Origin: a virus
Lineage: Duplodnaviria > Caudoviricetes
Length of the DNA: 48,530 bases
Reading direction: 5' to 3' (one strand)
IMG/VR virus record: IMGVR_UViG_3300033489_000014
Location: 1 to 48,530 of that record
Positions 1-8,548 of this stretch are shown one piece after another. The translations under genes and the position numbers were made by a program. Within the stretch, counting starts at the first letter, position 1. Every line of letters starts with the position of its first letter. Below the pieces are notes generated by a model that saw only the letters and a program-made list of their open reading frames with translations, did not search any database and was not told the DNA's origin.

Positions 1-69
1 AGAAAATACATTAAGTTTTTCCATTTCTACAGAAAATCTATCAAAATTTGAAATGGGATTAAATTCCAT
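1..69 (-). CDS. 5' end of a hypothetical gene running off the window edge (MEFNPISNFDRFSVEMEKLNVFS...)
   Basis: ATG at 69, 3 nt past the stop of the upstream gene, preceded by GGGGGAG; frame open to position 1. Confidence 0.6.
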   Translation of the reverse strand, partial: MEFNPISNFDRFSVEMEKLNVFS

Positions 70-72
70 AGT

Positions 73-663
73 TTATTTCTCCCCCTTTCTGTTCTTTTTA
101 AACACTTCAACATCTTTCTTTTTTAATAATTTCCTTTTATCCTTTTCTACATTTGACAAAATACCTGCTTTAATTGCATTATAAACATTTGTATACGTAC
201 ATCCACAAAATTTTGCTGCTTCACTTATAGTCAACAACTCAACATTATCGTTTTCTTTAATAACTTCTACAAAACTATTGTCTCCAACTGCTAATTTTTT
301 TATAACAGAATCATAAAGTTCATCAGGTTTCATTTTATACAAATTGTTTTCAATTGCATCCAAAACACTTTTGCCACCAATTCCCATTCTTTGCGCATAA
401 ATTGCGAGACAAAAAGTTTGCATATCGCAAGAAATTTCGCAAGGCTTAGAAAATTTATGGCAACAACTTTTACAATCATGCCCACCTAAAAGTCTTGCTC
501 TATAATTGCAATCATGAAGCTCTAAACTAGGGTTTGAAAAACATTCTAATCCAATAAATTCATCAGGATTCCAATCTTCAGCATTTGTGTTAATTCTGTA
601 ATACCTTATAACTTCTCTCAACATTTCGTCATCTAAAATTACTATTGGAAGTAGCTTTGACAT
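73..663 (-). CDS. DNA-binding protein: Cys-rich N-terminus plus C-terminal excisionase/MerR-like HTH
   Basis: C-terminal LLTISEAAKFCGCTYTNVYNAIKAGIL fits the HTH_17/Xis pattern; Cys cluster CFSN..DC..DCKSCC..C..C..FC. Confidence 0.65.
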   Translation of the reverse strand: MSKLLPIVILDDEMLREVIRYYRINTNAEDWNPDEFIGLECFSNPSLELHDCNYRARLLGGHDCKSCCHKFSKPCEISCDMQTFCLAIYAQRMGIGGKSVLDAIENNLYKMKPDELYDSVIKKLAVGDNSFVEVIKENDNVELLTISEAAKFCGCTYTNVYNAIKAGILSNVEKDKRKLLKKKDVEVFKKNRKGEK

Positions 664-679
664 TATTTATTTACCTCGT

Positions 680-1120
680 TTATTTACAATTTTTATTAGA
701 ACAATCCGAATGTCCGGTTACCGGATTGTTCCATGATGGTGAATTGCATTTCATACAAATATGAGGATACTTTTTTAAATTAATGGAAAATTGTTCAATA
801 GGTTTACTTAACCAACCTTCTAATTCATGCCCAAAACATTCATGCACGGGAACCCAACCCTTATCGTTCTGACAATCTACTATTGTATTTATTGCTGAAA
901 TAAAAATTCCAAACCTAATTTTGCAATTAGCCTCTTTAACATACAAATTTTCATTAAAAACTTTTAATGTAGTTTCTTTATTCATACTTTGAAGAATAAA
1001 ACCATCATTATTTTTCGAAAGCATAAAAAACCCCTGCCAAGGTCCTTTATTGTTTCCTTTCCCAGTAATAGTAACACATACAAATTTTCCAACCCACCTT
1101 AGTGCTTCATCTCTAGTCAT
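680..1120 (-). CDS. hypothetical protein with C-terminal four-Cys zinc-ribbon-like motif
   Basis: ends ICMKCNSPSWNNPVTGHSDCSNKNCK; motif repeated in the micro-ORF 4922..5026. Confidence 0.7.
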   Translation of the reverse strand: MTRDEALRWVGKFVCVTITGKGNNKGPWQGFFMLSKNNDGFILQSMNKETTLKVFNENLYVKEANCKIRFGIFISAINTIVDCQNDKGWVPVHECFGHELEGWLSKPIEQFSINLKKYPHICMKCNSPSWNNPVTGHSDCSNKNCK

Positions 1121-1121
1121 T

Positions 1122-2219
1122 TTAATCAGCCTTTGTTAAAAAAACAGCCTTTGATCTTTCTTTATTAAACAAACCTATACTGTTTCTCATATTTTTAAAA
1201 TACACTTTTTCATCAAATATTGACAAAGCCTTTAACAATTTTTTCTTATTAACACCAAAAGAATCTATATTTAAATTCCCTGTACAACCTATTGTCTCTT
1301 TTATTTCAAATCCAGTATAAGATCTTCCACTAGCTTCCCATTTCTCATTTTCCAATTTATTAAACTTAATCCAAAACTCAGCATCGCCAAGACTTGCTGA
1401 AATTAATTTAACAACACTTATTAAATCCTTTTTATCAAACTCTGCTAAATATTTTTCTTCAACTAGATCTTCTGAATCATTTATGCCAAGATAATTAACG
1501 TATTCTTCGGGGTAATTATTGTCTTCTGCTAAACAATAAAATTCAACACCATTTTTAAAACCTAATCCTAGACAACTTGATCCAAAAAAAACTATTTCCA
1601 AACTCTTTTGCAATGATTTACATAAATTTGCAAAAACATCTGGAAAAACTATTTTTGACCCTTTCATTGGGTGAACTACTTTACCTGAATTTATAAATAA
1701 AGCAGTTTCAGAAAATTTGCAAATTCTGCATACATTACTACTTACATCTAACAAAATTCCTGGAAAACTTCTATTACCAATAGCAGTTGAAATAGAACTA
1801 TACGAATTTGAAAAACCTTCTGCCAACCAATCTTTCAGCCCTCCTGAAACTATTGCTGCATTAGGAATTGTAAATCTTCTTACCCTTGCATTAATTGGAA
1901 ACTTAGATTCGGAATTATTATTTACAATAATAAAATTATCCTTAACAATTGAAAATTCAACATCACCTTTTTTAAATAATTTAGAAACAGATAAAAAAAT
2001 CCTCCTATCAATTCCTGCAGATAAATTATCAGAACTTTCTGAACTAATCTTATGTGAATAAACAACAAATTTATTATCACTGCCACAAAACATAGAAAAA
2101 TCTTTTAAAATTCCATTGTAAGAAAAATAAACATAATTTTCCTCACTATTGGATTTCTCCAAAACCTTAGAAAATTCAGACACGATTGAAAAATCTATTT
2201 TAATGTTGCTGTTGCTCAT
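1122..2219 (-). CDS. probable DNA sliding clamp, bacterial beta (DnaN)-like
   Basis: 365 aa (beta-clamp size); three roughly 120-aa segments with clamp-like helix/strand alternation (e.g. IDRRIFLSVSKLFKKGDVEFSI, FDKKDLISVVKLI, FGVNKKKLLKALSIFDEKVYF); replication context. Confidence 0.6.
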   Translation of the reverse strand: MSNSNIKIDFSIVSEFSKVLEKSNSEENYVYFSYNGILKDFSMFCGSDNKFVVYSHKISSESSDNLSAGIDRRIFLSVSKLFKKGDVEFSIVKDNFIIVNNNSESKFPINARVRRFTIPNAAIVSGGLKDWLAEGFSNSYSSISTAIGNRSFPGILLDVSSNVCRICKFSETALFINSGKVVHPMKGSKIVFPDVFANLCKSLQKSLEIVFFGSSCLGLGFKNGVEFYCLAEDNNYPEEYVNYLGINDSEDLVEEKYLAEFDKKDLISVVKLISASLGDAEFWIKFNKLENEKWEASGRSYTGFEIKETIGCTGNLNIDSFGVNKKKLLKALSIFDEKVYFKNMRNSIGLFNKERSKAVFLTKAD

Positions 2220-3085
2220 ACAAAACTTGACTTAAATTGAACAGGCTTTTTCTCTGTTATGTTTTTATAACTATTTCCTAAATACTCTTTATAAACATTT
2301 TTCAATTCTCTTCTAGCCAATGCTAATTTTTTCTTATTGAAATCTAATACATGACAAAGATCTGTATCCGTTATCGAATAATCCCTTAACCACTCATCCA
2401 ACACTTTCCTAGTATCCCTTGATAAATTCTTTTTGTTAAAAAAATCCTTCAAACAAATTTCTTCATCAATCTTGTTAATACAATTTGAAACAAGCTCTTC
2501 ATATGTTCTACCAAATTGATCAACATCACATAAAGAAACTTCCTCTATACTTTTCTGTACAATATTTCTATCAATTACTTCACAACTTTCTTTATATTTC
2601 CCATTTCTCTTTATAACTAATGATCGATCTTTTCCAACAATTGTATAGCCCTTTTTCTGAATATAACATTTACGAACCTGTACAGAAGCCTCTTGCTGAA
2701 TCTTTCTAAAAATAGAAGATGCTAAAGGAATTTTTCCAACTCTTTTAAACTGACTTCTATTTACCCAAAAATCTTTTTTATTTTTCTGATTTAACCTTCT
2801 TGAAGATAAATGCCACTTGTTTCCCCTTTTTCCAATTACTTCATAAATATTTCCATTGTACCTATATGTCTTTGATCTGTATATTTGATAGGTTTTTACC
2901 AATTGAATAAGAAGATCTTGAAAAATATCTTCAAAACATTTGTGGGATAATTTTGCTAATCTGTAAACTGTCTTATCTAAGAGGTAACGCCACTTAGATA
3001 AAGCCTTAGCAAAATCAGGATCTGTTTGTCTTAGACTTTGCAAAGTATTATCCACAAATTGTTTGTAGTCTGAGTTATTTGACAA
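2216..3085 (-). CDS. putative phage RNA polymerase sigma-factor-like protein
   Basis: region-2-like LLDKTVYRLAK..FEDIFQDLLIQLVK, region-3.2-like VSLCDVDQFGRTYEELV, region-4-like LSRDTRKVL..ITDTDLCHVLDFNKKKLALARRELK. Confidence 0.55.
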   Translation of the reverse strand: MSNNSDYKQFVDNTLQSLRQTDPDFAKALSKWRYLLDKTVYRLAKLSHKCFEDIFQDLLIQLVKTYQIYRSKTYRYNGNIYEVIGKRGNKWHLSSRRLNQKNKKDFWVNRSQFKRVGKIPLASSIFRKIQQEASVQVRKCYIQKKGYTIVGKDRSLVIKRNGKYKESCEVIDRNIVQKSIEEVSLCDVDQFGRTYEELVSNCINKIDEEICLKDFFNKKNLSRDTRKVLDEWLRDYSITDTDLCHVLDFNKKKLALARRELKNVYKEYLGNSYKNITEKKPVQFKSSFV

Positions 3086-3857
3086 TTGACTTTTCCTGTT
3101 TCTCTTCTAAGGCTTTCCCTATACGATCTTTTATAATCTCTATATATTTAGTCTCTTTCTCTATTAAAATGAATTTTCTATTTGTATTTAAACAAGCAAT
3201 TCCTGTTGTTCCAGATCCCGCACAATTATCAAGAACTAAATCTCCTTCATTTGTATAAGTCTTTATCAAATATTCGAATAGATCTACTGGTTTTTGTGTT
3301 GGGTGAACAGTTTTTCCTTCACTATTAATTTTTAACACTTGAGCCGGATAATTTTCAAATTCTTGAAGATATTCTTTACACAATGACCCATCGTTTTCCC
3401 CTGCATTTACAGTATCATTTTTAGGTTTTTTTCTATTTACTACTTTTGGAATTTCTTTTCTTATTAAACCTTGTGGATTATAAACACACTGACCTTCATA
3501 AAAAACTAAAACATCTTCATAATTCCTCAAAGGCTGCCTGTTGGCATTAGGAAATCCAGTTTTTTTGCTTTTTTCCCAAATCCATTCATACTTAAACATT
3601 TTTACATTACTCATTACTAAAGCACTTGTAAAAGGTTGTACCGCAGTTAATACTATTACACCATTATTTTTCAAAACTCTATAATACCCCACCCAAAGAG
3701 GATCAAAAGGAATAACTGTATCCCACTTACAAGCTGTTGTGCCATAAGGAAGATCACATAATATCATATCAATACTTTTATCTGGTATTTCTTTCATGAC
3801 TTCTAGGCAATCCCCTTCAAAAAGTTCTCCAAAACCTATTTCAGATACTCTGATCAA
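3075..3857 (-). CDS. DNA N6-adenine/N4-cytosine methyltransferase, beta class (copy 1)
   Basis: GDCLE, catalytic DLPY, HPTQKP, SAM-binding VLDNCAGSGTTG; catalytic motif precedes the SAM motif; TTG start overlapping the primase end. Confidence 0.93.
   Translation of the reverse strand: MIRVSEIGFGELFEGDCLEVMKEIPDKSIDMILCDLPYGTTACKWDTVIPFDPLWVGYYRVLKNNGVIVLTAVQPFTSALVMSNVKMFKYEWIWEKSKKTGFPNANRQPLRNYEDVLVFYEGQCVYNPQGLIRKEIPKVVNRKKPKNDTVNAGENDGSLCKEYLQEFENYPAQVLKINSEGKTVHPTQKPVDLFEYLIKTYTNEGDLVLDNCAGSGTTGIACLNTNRKFILIEKETKYIEIIKDRIGKALEEKQEKSIVK
3814..3847. repeat. 34-bp perfect direct repeat shared by the 5' ends of the two methyltransferases (other copy 7150..7183)
   Basis: ccttcaaaaagttctccaaaacctatttcagata at both positions. 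Confidence 0.9.
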
Positions 3858-4779
3858 TTTCTAGAAGCCTTTCATAGGTTAATGAACCAGGATCTTCTTC
3901 TGGATTTAATTGAACAAGTTTAGGGCTCAATTTTAATGCGCTCAATTCAAAATACAATTTCTCATCAAAAAATAAACCGTTTCTTTTTCCTTTTGATCTA
4001 ACATCACCGTCCAAACATACAATTGGAAATAATCCAAAAAATTTGCACAATTTTTCTATTTGCAATAATTGACTTGTTGAAGCTTCTTTTGTAGAAAGTC
4101 CAACTGCTTGAGCTCCTAAATTAAACATGTTCCAAGTGTCAGATGCTCCTTCTACAATCCACAATTCTTTTGTTCTATCCGAAATTAACCAACCCCCATA
4201 CAATAAATTATGAATTGGGCTTTCTTTAGGATTTCCCCAACGCATTTTAATATACGGTTGCAAATACCTCACTTGAAAAGTTCTATAAATTCCTCCTAGA
4301 TCAAATACAGGAGAAACAATAGAATCAGCAATATTTATTCCAGAAAATTCCCCAAATAAACCATATTTTAATCCATAAGTATTTATTACTTCTTTTCCCA
4401 AATGACGTTTTTCAAAATATTCCACAAATTTTACGTCTTCGACGTAAGGCTCTTGTGGAAACTCATTTGAAAAAACTTCTTTGCAAATATATTTAGGTTT
4501 TTGGTCGAATATTTCGGAAATTTCAAAATCTGTTCTTACTTTTTTGAGATTTTCGTAAGCCTTTGACCAAGTACAATTCTCCATCAATTTGTAAAACTTG
4601 GTAAAATTTCCTTTTACACCGCATCTTACAGACCCACATATAAAAAGCCCCGTATTAATATCAATAGAAAAGGAAGGCGATTTATCATCATGAAACGGGC
4701 ATTGCGTATGAATTGACCCTGAAGCGTTTGGTGCTTTATCTGGAAATTTATTCAATATATAATCTGTAACGTTTATCAT
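3841..4779 (-). CDS. dnaG: DNA primase (CHC2 zinc finger plus TOPRIM)
   Basis: CPFHDDKSPSF..C..C zinc finger; WIVEGASD and CLDGD TOPRIM motifs; EEDPG. Confidence 0.9.
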   Translation of the reverse strand: MINVTDYILNKFPDKAPNASGSIHTQCPFHDDKSPSFSIDINTGLFICGSVRCGVKGNFTKFYKLMENCTWSKAYENLKKVRTDFEISEIFDQKPKYICKEVFSNEFPQEPYVEDVKFVEYFEKRHLGKEVINTYGLKYGLFGEFSGINIADSIVSPVFDLGGIYRTFQVRYLQPYIKMRWGNPKESPIHNLLYGGWLISDRTKELWIVEGASDTWNMFNLGAQAVGLSTKEASTSQLLQIEKLCKFFGLFPIVCLDGDVRSKGKRNGLFFDEKLYFELSALKLSPKLVQLNPEEDPGSLTYERLLEIDQSI

Positions 4780-4910
4780 TGACCAGACTTTTTATTTCGA
4801 TCGTTAAGATCCTTTAATTCTCTAACTATTTGTATAATCCACCAAATTAAAACATACAATACTATAATGCCCCCAACAGAAATAATTATACACAAAAATC
4901 TTTCAAACAT
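4776..4910 (-). CDS. 44-aa single-pass membrane peptide (not in ORF track)
   Basis: MFERFLCIIISVGGIIVLYVLIWWIIQIVRELKDLNDRNKKSGQ; its TGA overlaps the primase ATG (ATGA coupling). Confidence 0.6.
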   Translation of the reverse strand: MFERFLCIIISVGGIIVLYVLIWWIIQIVRELKDLNDRNKKSGQ

Positions 4911-4921
4911 TTTATATATCA

Positions 4922-5026
4922 CTATTTACAATTAGAATTGCTGCAATCTGAATGACCTGTTACAGGGTTATTCCATGAAGGTGAATTGCACTTACTACAA
5001 ATTATTAACTTACTCTCAAATAACAT
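4922..5026 (-). CDS. 34-aa zinc-ribbon-like micro-peptide (not in ORF track)
   Basis: MLFESKLIICSKCNSPSWNNPVTGHSDCSNSNCK; strong SD AAGGAGG; 24/26 aa identical to the C-terminus of 680..1120. Confidence 0.8.
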   Translation of the reverse strand: MLFESKLIICSKCNSPSWNNPVTGHSDCSNSNCK

Positions 5027-5053
5027 TTTACCCTCCTTATAATTACAAATACA

Positions 5054-5082
5054 ATTTTACTCCATTTTCATACATTTGTCAA
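5054..5082 (-). promoter_or_regulatory. sigma70/sigmaA-type promoter
   Basis: minus strand TTGACA-17 bp-TAAAAT in the helicase/micro-peptide intergenic gap. Confidence 0.8.
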
Positions 5083-5083
5083 A

Positions 5084-6418
5084 TCATTTGTGCACTTCAT
5101 ATGATAAATTTCTAAAATTTCTTAAAGAAGAACAAACCATCATTTTAGAAAAGTCTGTATTACACACAATTTCATCTTCTTCAATTGCCGAACTTCTAAC
5201 AAACAAAGGTGAAATAACTAAAATTCCCTCTTCAGCCTCTTCCTTGCTTTGATTAAGAGCAATACAATAGTCAATTCCTTGAGAAATATCTATAGACTTT
5301 CCCATATGCGTTCTATCTAATCGATCAGACTTGTTTGCTTCCATTTTTGCCTGAAAAGCCGTAAAAATAGGAACATTCTCTTTATCTGCCAAAACCTTGC
5401 AATCCCATACTATTTCTTGTTGTATAAGTCTTTCCTCTTTAGCTCCTTTAATAGGTGCCATAATATTCATATAATCTATAATAACTCGATCAGGTGAAAA
5501 CCCGCTTCGATCTTTTTCTCTTTCAATTGAGTCCATAATATCTAATACACTATGTTTATGTGCTTGACATTTAATAATTTTCAATCTCGATTTCCATGAA
5601 TTAATCCATTCAAACAATTCTTCAAAATCATCCCGCTCTTCTTTTGATAAAGCCATTGCCATTAATCGATCATATGAATGATCAAAAAACATTGCATCAT
5701 ATCGACCATTAGTTAAATCAATAGAGTTTTCATAAGTCACATGAAAAACATTTTGCCCTTGAATCAATCCAGAATATCCCATTGTATTAAGTATAATTGA
5801 TTTGTACCTTTTAAAAGGTGCTAAAAAACCAACTAAAACAGGACCTTTAATTTGGAATTGATCATCCAAACCTTTTATCCCAGTCAAAGAAACTGGAAAA
5901 ATATTTGGGTTGTCCCTTTCTAAAACTCTTTTATTTTCTCTTTCTTTATACCCCTCAGCATAATCATAAATCACTAATTTATTTTCATTTATCAGATTGT
6001 CTGCTTCTCGAATTCCTTTTGAAAGATCATTTAACAAATAATCAATTCTCTTAGATCTATCAAATGCTTCAAAAGCGCTGCTCATACTTGCTTTCGTTTT
6101 CTTGAAAGCAATAAACGCTACAAATTTTGTTTTAGCATCTTCAACAAATGTCAACTCTCTAGAATAAAGATTTGACAATTGTTTTTTATACAACTCTCTT
6201 TTTTCTACTTCTACAAAGTCCTCCAATAAAATCTGATCTAAAAATTTCTCAGCAATATTTTTCCAAGCTCTTTGTTTTAATTTTTTAACCAACCAAACAT
6301 AAGCTTCAACAGAAAAATAATTAGGATCTACTTGCTCAAAAATAGATCTATCCAGCTCCAATTTTCCTTGTAAAAAAGAAGCCAGAAATTCAATTTCTAT
6401 TTCTTGAGACAGATCCAA
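5084..6418 (-). CDS. dnaB: replicative DNA helicase, DnaB/T4 gp41 (SF4) family
   Basis: TGIKGLD, variant Walker A APFKRYKS, VFHVTYENS, Walker B IIDYM, FTAFQ, KSIDISQGIDYCIAL. Confidence 0.85.
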   Translation of the reverse strand: MDLSQEIEIEFLASFLQGKLELDRSIFEQVDPNYFSVEAYVWLVKKLKQRAWKNIAEKFLDQILLEDFVEVEKRELYKKQLSNLYSRELTFVEDAKTKFVAFIAFKKTKASMSSAFEAFDRSKRIDYLLNDLSKGIREADNLINENKLVIYDYAEGYKERENKRVLERDNPNIFPVSLTGIKGLDDQFQIKGPVLVGFLAPFKRYKSIILNTMGYSGLIQGQNVFHVTYENSIDLTNGRYDAMFFDHSYDRLMAMALSKEERDDFEELFEWINSWKSRLKIIKCQAHKHSVLDIMDSIEREKDRSGFSPDRVIIDYMNIMAPIKGAKEERLIQQEIVWDCKVLADKENVPIFTAFQAKMEANKSDRLDRTHMGKSIDISQGIDYCIALNQSKEEAEEGILVISPLFVRSSAIEEDEIVCNTDFSKMMVCSSLRNFRNLSYEVHK

Positions 6419-6422
6419 TTAT

Positions 6423-7193
6423 TTATTCCTTAATTTCTTTTTTTTCTTCTAAGTGTTTTTCAATTCTCTCTTTTATAATCTCTACGTATTCATGTTCTTT
6501 TTCTATTAAAATGAATTTCCGGTTTGTATTTAAACAAGCAATTCCCGTTGTGCCTGATCCTGCACAATTATCCAGAACTAAAGCTCCCTCATTTGTATAG
6601 GTCTTGATAAGGTATTCAAATAATGCTATTGGCTTTTGAGTGGTGTGAAGATTTTCAGAAGAAGAATGTTTTTTAAATTTGATTACACTTCTTGGATATT
6701 TCATTCCAGAAATATCTGGTTCTGGTCTTCCATAATCACCAGCATATACGCTTTTTGTTTTTCTAACAGACGTTTTACAGCCATGATTAGGCTCGCCTTT
6801 CCATTTCTGTGGATTATAGATGGGTTGCTTATAATAAAATACAATAACATCCTCATGACATTTTAAAGGTCTCTTTTTAGTATCCAAAAAACCTGTTCCA
6901 CTAGATTTTTCCCAAATCCAACAATATTTAAAATTATTTAAATTACTCATTATAACAAACGAAGTAAAAGGTTGCACTGCAGTTAATACTATAGCGGCAT
7001 TATCTTTTGAAATTCTATTATACTGATCCCACAAAACATCAAAAGGAATAACAGTATCCCACTTACACGATGTTGTCCCATAAGGAAGATCACACAAAAC
7101 CATATCAATACTTTTATCAGGAATATTTTTCATAATCTCTAAACAATCACCTTCAAAAAGTTCTCCAAAACCTATTTCAGATATTTCGATCAC
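6423..7193 (-). CDS. DNA N6-adenine/N4-cytosine methyltransferase, beta class (copy 2)
   Basis: DLPY, HTTQKP, VLDNCAGSGTTG; start moved to GTG at 7193 because MIEISEIGFGELF aligns with MIRVSEIGFGELF of copy 1. Confidence 0.92.
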   Translation of the reverse strand: MIEISEIGFGELFEGDCLEIMKNIPDKSIDMVLCDLPYGTTSCKWDTVIPFDVLWDQYNRISKDNAAIVLTAVQPFTSFVIMSNLNNFKYCWIWEKSSGTGFLDTKKRPLKCHEDVIVFYYKQPIYNPQKWKGEPNHGCKTSVRKTKSVYAGDYGRPEPDISGMKYPRSVIKFKKHSSSENLHTTQKPIALFEYLIKTYTNEGALVLDNCAGSGTTGIACLNTNRKFILIEKEHEYVEIIKERIEKHLEEKKEIKE

Positions 7194-7198
7194 CACTA

Positions 7199-7558
7199 TC
7201 AAACCTTCCACACAATTTTAATTCGTTTAGTTGACGAATGCTCAATCTCTTTTTTCATTCCTTCAGTAACTTCCTTTGAAAAAACCCAAATTTCTTCACA
7301 AGTATCTAACAAAGATAAACAAAAAGCCATCCCATGCTCAGCACTAATATTTGCCCCACTATATTCTGTCATCTCAAAAGGAAAAGCCAACATAGGAGAA
7401 ACAGGACAGTAAATATGGTAATAGCTTTTATTTTCTATATCTGCTTCCCTCATTTTTTCTACATTTTCCATAGCAATATTCACAACTATTTTTTTAACTT
7501 TTTCTATATTCTTTAAAAGATCATTTCTATAAGGGTGACATATATAGACTCTAATCAT
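7199..7558 (-). CDS. DUF4406/DUF7768-like protein (nucleoside 2-deoxyribosyltransferase-like fold)
   Basis: VYICHPY..PVSP..GMAFCLSLLDTCEEIWVF..TEGMKKEIEHS pattern. Confidence 0.7.
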   Translation of the reverse strand: MIRVYICHPYRNDLLKNIEKVKKIVVNIAMENVEKMREADIENKSYYHIYCPVSPMLAFPFEMTEYSGANISAEHGMAFCLSLLDTCEEIWVFSKEVTEGMKKEIEHSSTKRIKIVWKV

Positions 7559-7800
7559 TCTTTCCCCCCTTCATTACCGTACAAATAAAACCAACCACGA
7601 GATTTTGCATAATTATCTCTAATAGTTTTATAATAATCAATATTACCTTTTAAATATTTACCAGAATGAGCATAACTTTTTATTGCTAAAACTTCACATA
7701 TTTCTCTTCTAGCATTATCCCGTTCACGAATACCTTTTCTAAATTCTTCTTCCCAATTTACTTGTACCAAACTATCGGGATCATGAAATACTGTTTCCAT
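7555..7800 (-). CDS. hypothetical protein carrying the ERDNARREIC..YAKxRGW module
   Basis: overlaps both neighbours; module shared with the C-terminus of the DUF3310 gene. Confidence 0.65.
   Translation of the reverse strand: METVFHDPDSLVQVNWEEEFRKGIRERDNARREICEVLAIKSYAHSGKYLKGNIDYYKTIRDNYAKSRGWFYLYGNEGGKE
7700..7725. repeat. 26-bp perfect repeat (other copy 13137..13162)
   Basis: atttctcttctagcattatcccgttc at both positions; encodes ERDNARRE(I). Confidence 0.9.
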
Positions 7801-8548
7801 TTTTTTCCTCCAAAGTTATTGTCCAAGCACTCAACTCCTCAGACAGTCTTAGATCTTCTTCCCCATCAACATGCACTTCACGAAATAAAATCCCACCTAA
7901 TCCTCCATCAAGTTTTATCTCCAATAAACTGTCCAACTCTCCACTATAGATATTGGACAAATCATTTGGAGAATAATTTGATGTAATTATTGTAGGAAGC
8001 TTTCTGTCTCGCCGATAGTGCAATACCTTTTGAAGAGAAGAAACCATAACTTCTTTTTTCCAATCACCTGCTTTATCTTCATTCCCTAGATCGTCCAAAA
8101 CATACCAAGTACTTTTCCAATCTTCATTAGATAAGCCTTTTTTGAATATCTCATACAATGTAGAAATGTGATGAAAACAATAAGTTCGTGAAGATGAATA
8201 CAAATCAATGTCGGAAAAATTTGCCAAAACCTTATACAATAAAAAATGCTCTAAAGTTGTTTTACCCCTGCCTCGCTCTCTAGACCAAATATACAAACAA
8301 AGACCTTCCTTCTCACAATATATAGGATTTTTGGCAAAAAATTCGACAAATTCTTTTCCAGAATCTATTATAGGAAGTTCATATAGATCACTACTGACTA
8401 AATCCAAAGTACTTCTAAAAAAGCCTGCATTAATTAAGCGATTATAGGATCTAAATTTCAATAAACAAGAACAAGCAGAACTGTCCCCTAAATAACCAGT
8501 TCCTTTACAAATTTTACAAGAACCTAAAATCTCACTTTTTAGAGACAT
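7781..8548 (-). CDS. DnaC/IstB-like AAA+ ATPase, probable helicase loader
   Basis: N-terminal CKICKGTG..CSC, Walker A RGRGKTT, Walker B VLDDLG, TIITSNYS. Confidence 0.85.
   Translation of the reverse strand: MSLKSEILGSCKICKGTGYLGDSSACSCLLKFRSYNRLINAGFFRSTLDLVSSDLYELPIIDSGKEFVEFFAKNPIYCEKEGLCLYIWSRERGRGKTTLEHFLLYKVLANFSDIDLYSSSRTYCFHHISTLYEIFKKGLSNEDWKSTWYVLDDLGNEDKAGDWKKEVMVSSLQKVLHYRRDRKLPTIITSNYSPNDLSNIYSGELDSLLEIKLDGGLGGILFREVHVDGEEDLRLSEELSAWTITLEEKNGNSIS

Noticed and set aside
3075-7193. Restriction-modification system
   Set aside because: No endonuclease-like gene adjoins either methyltransferase; they appear to be orphans.
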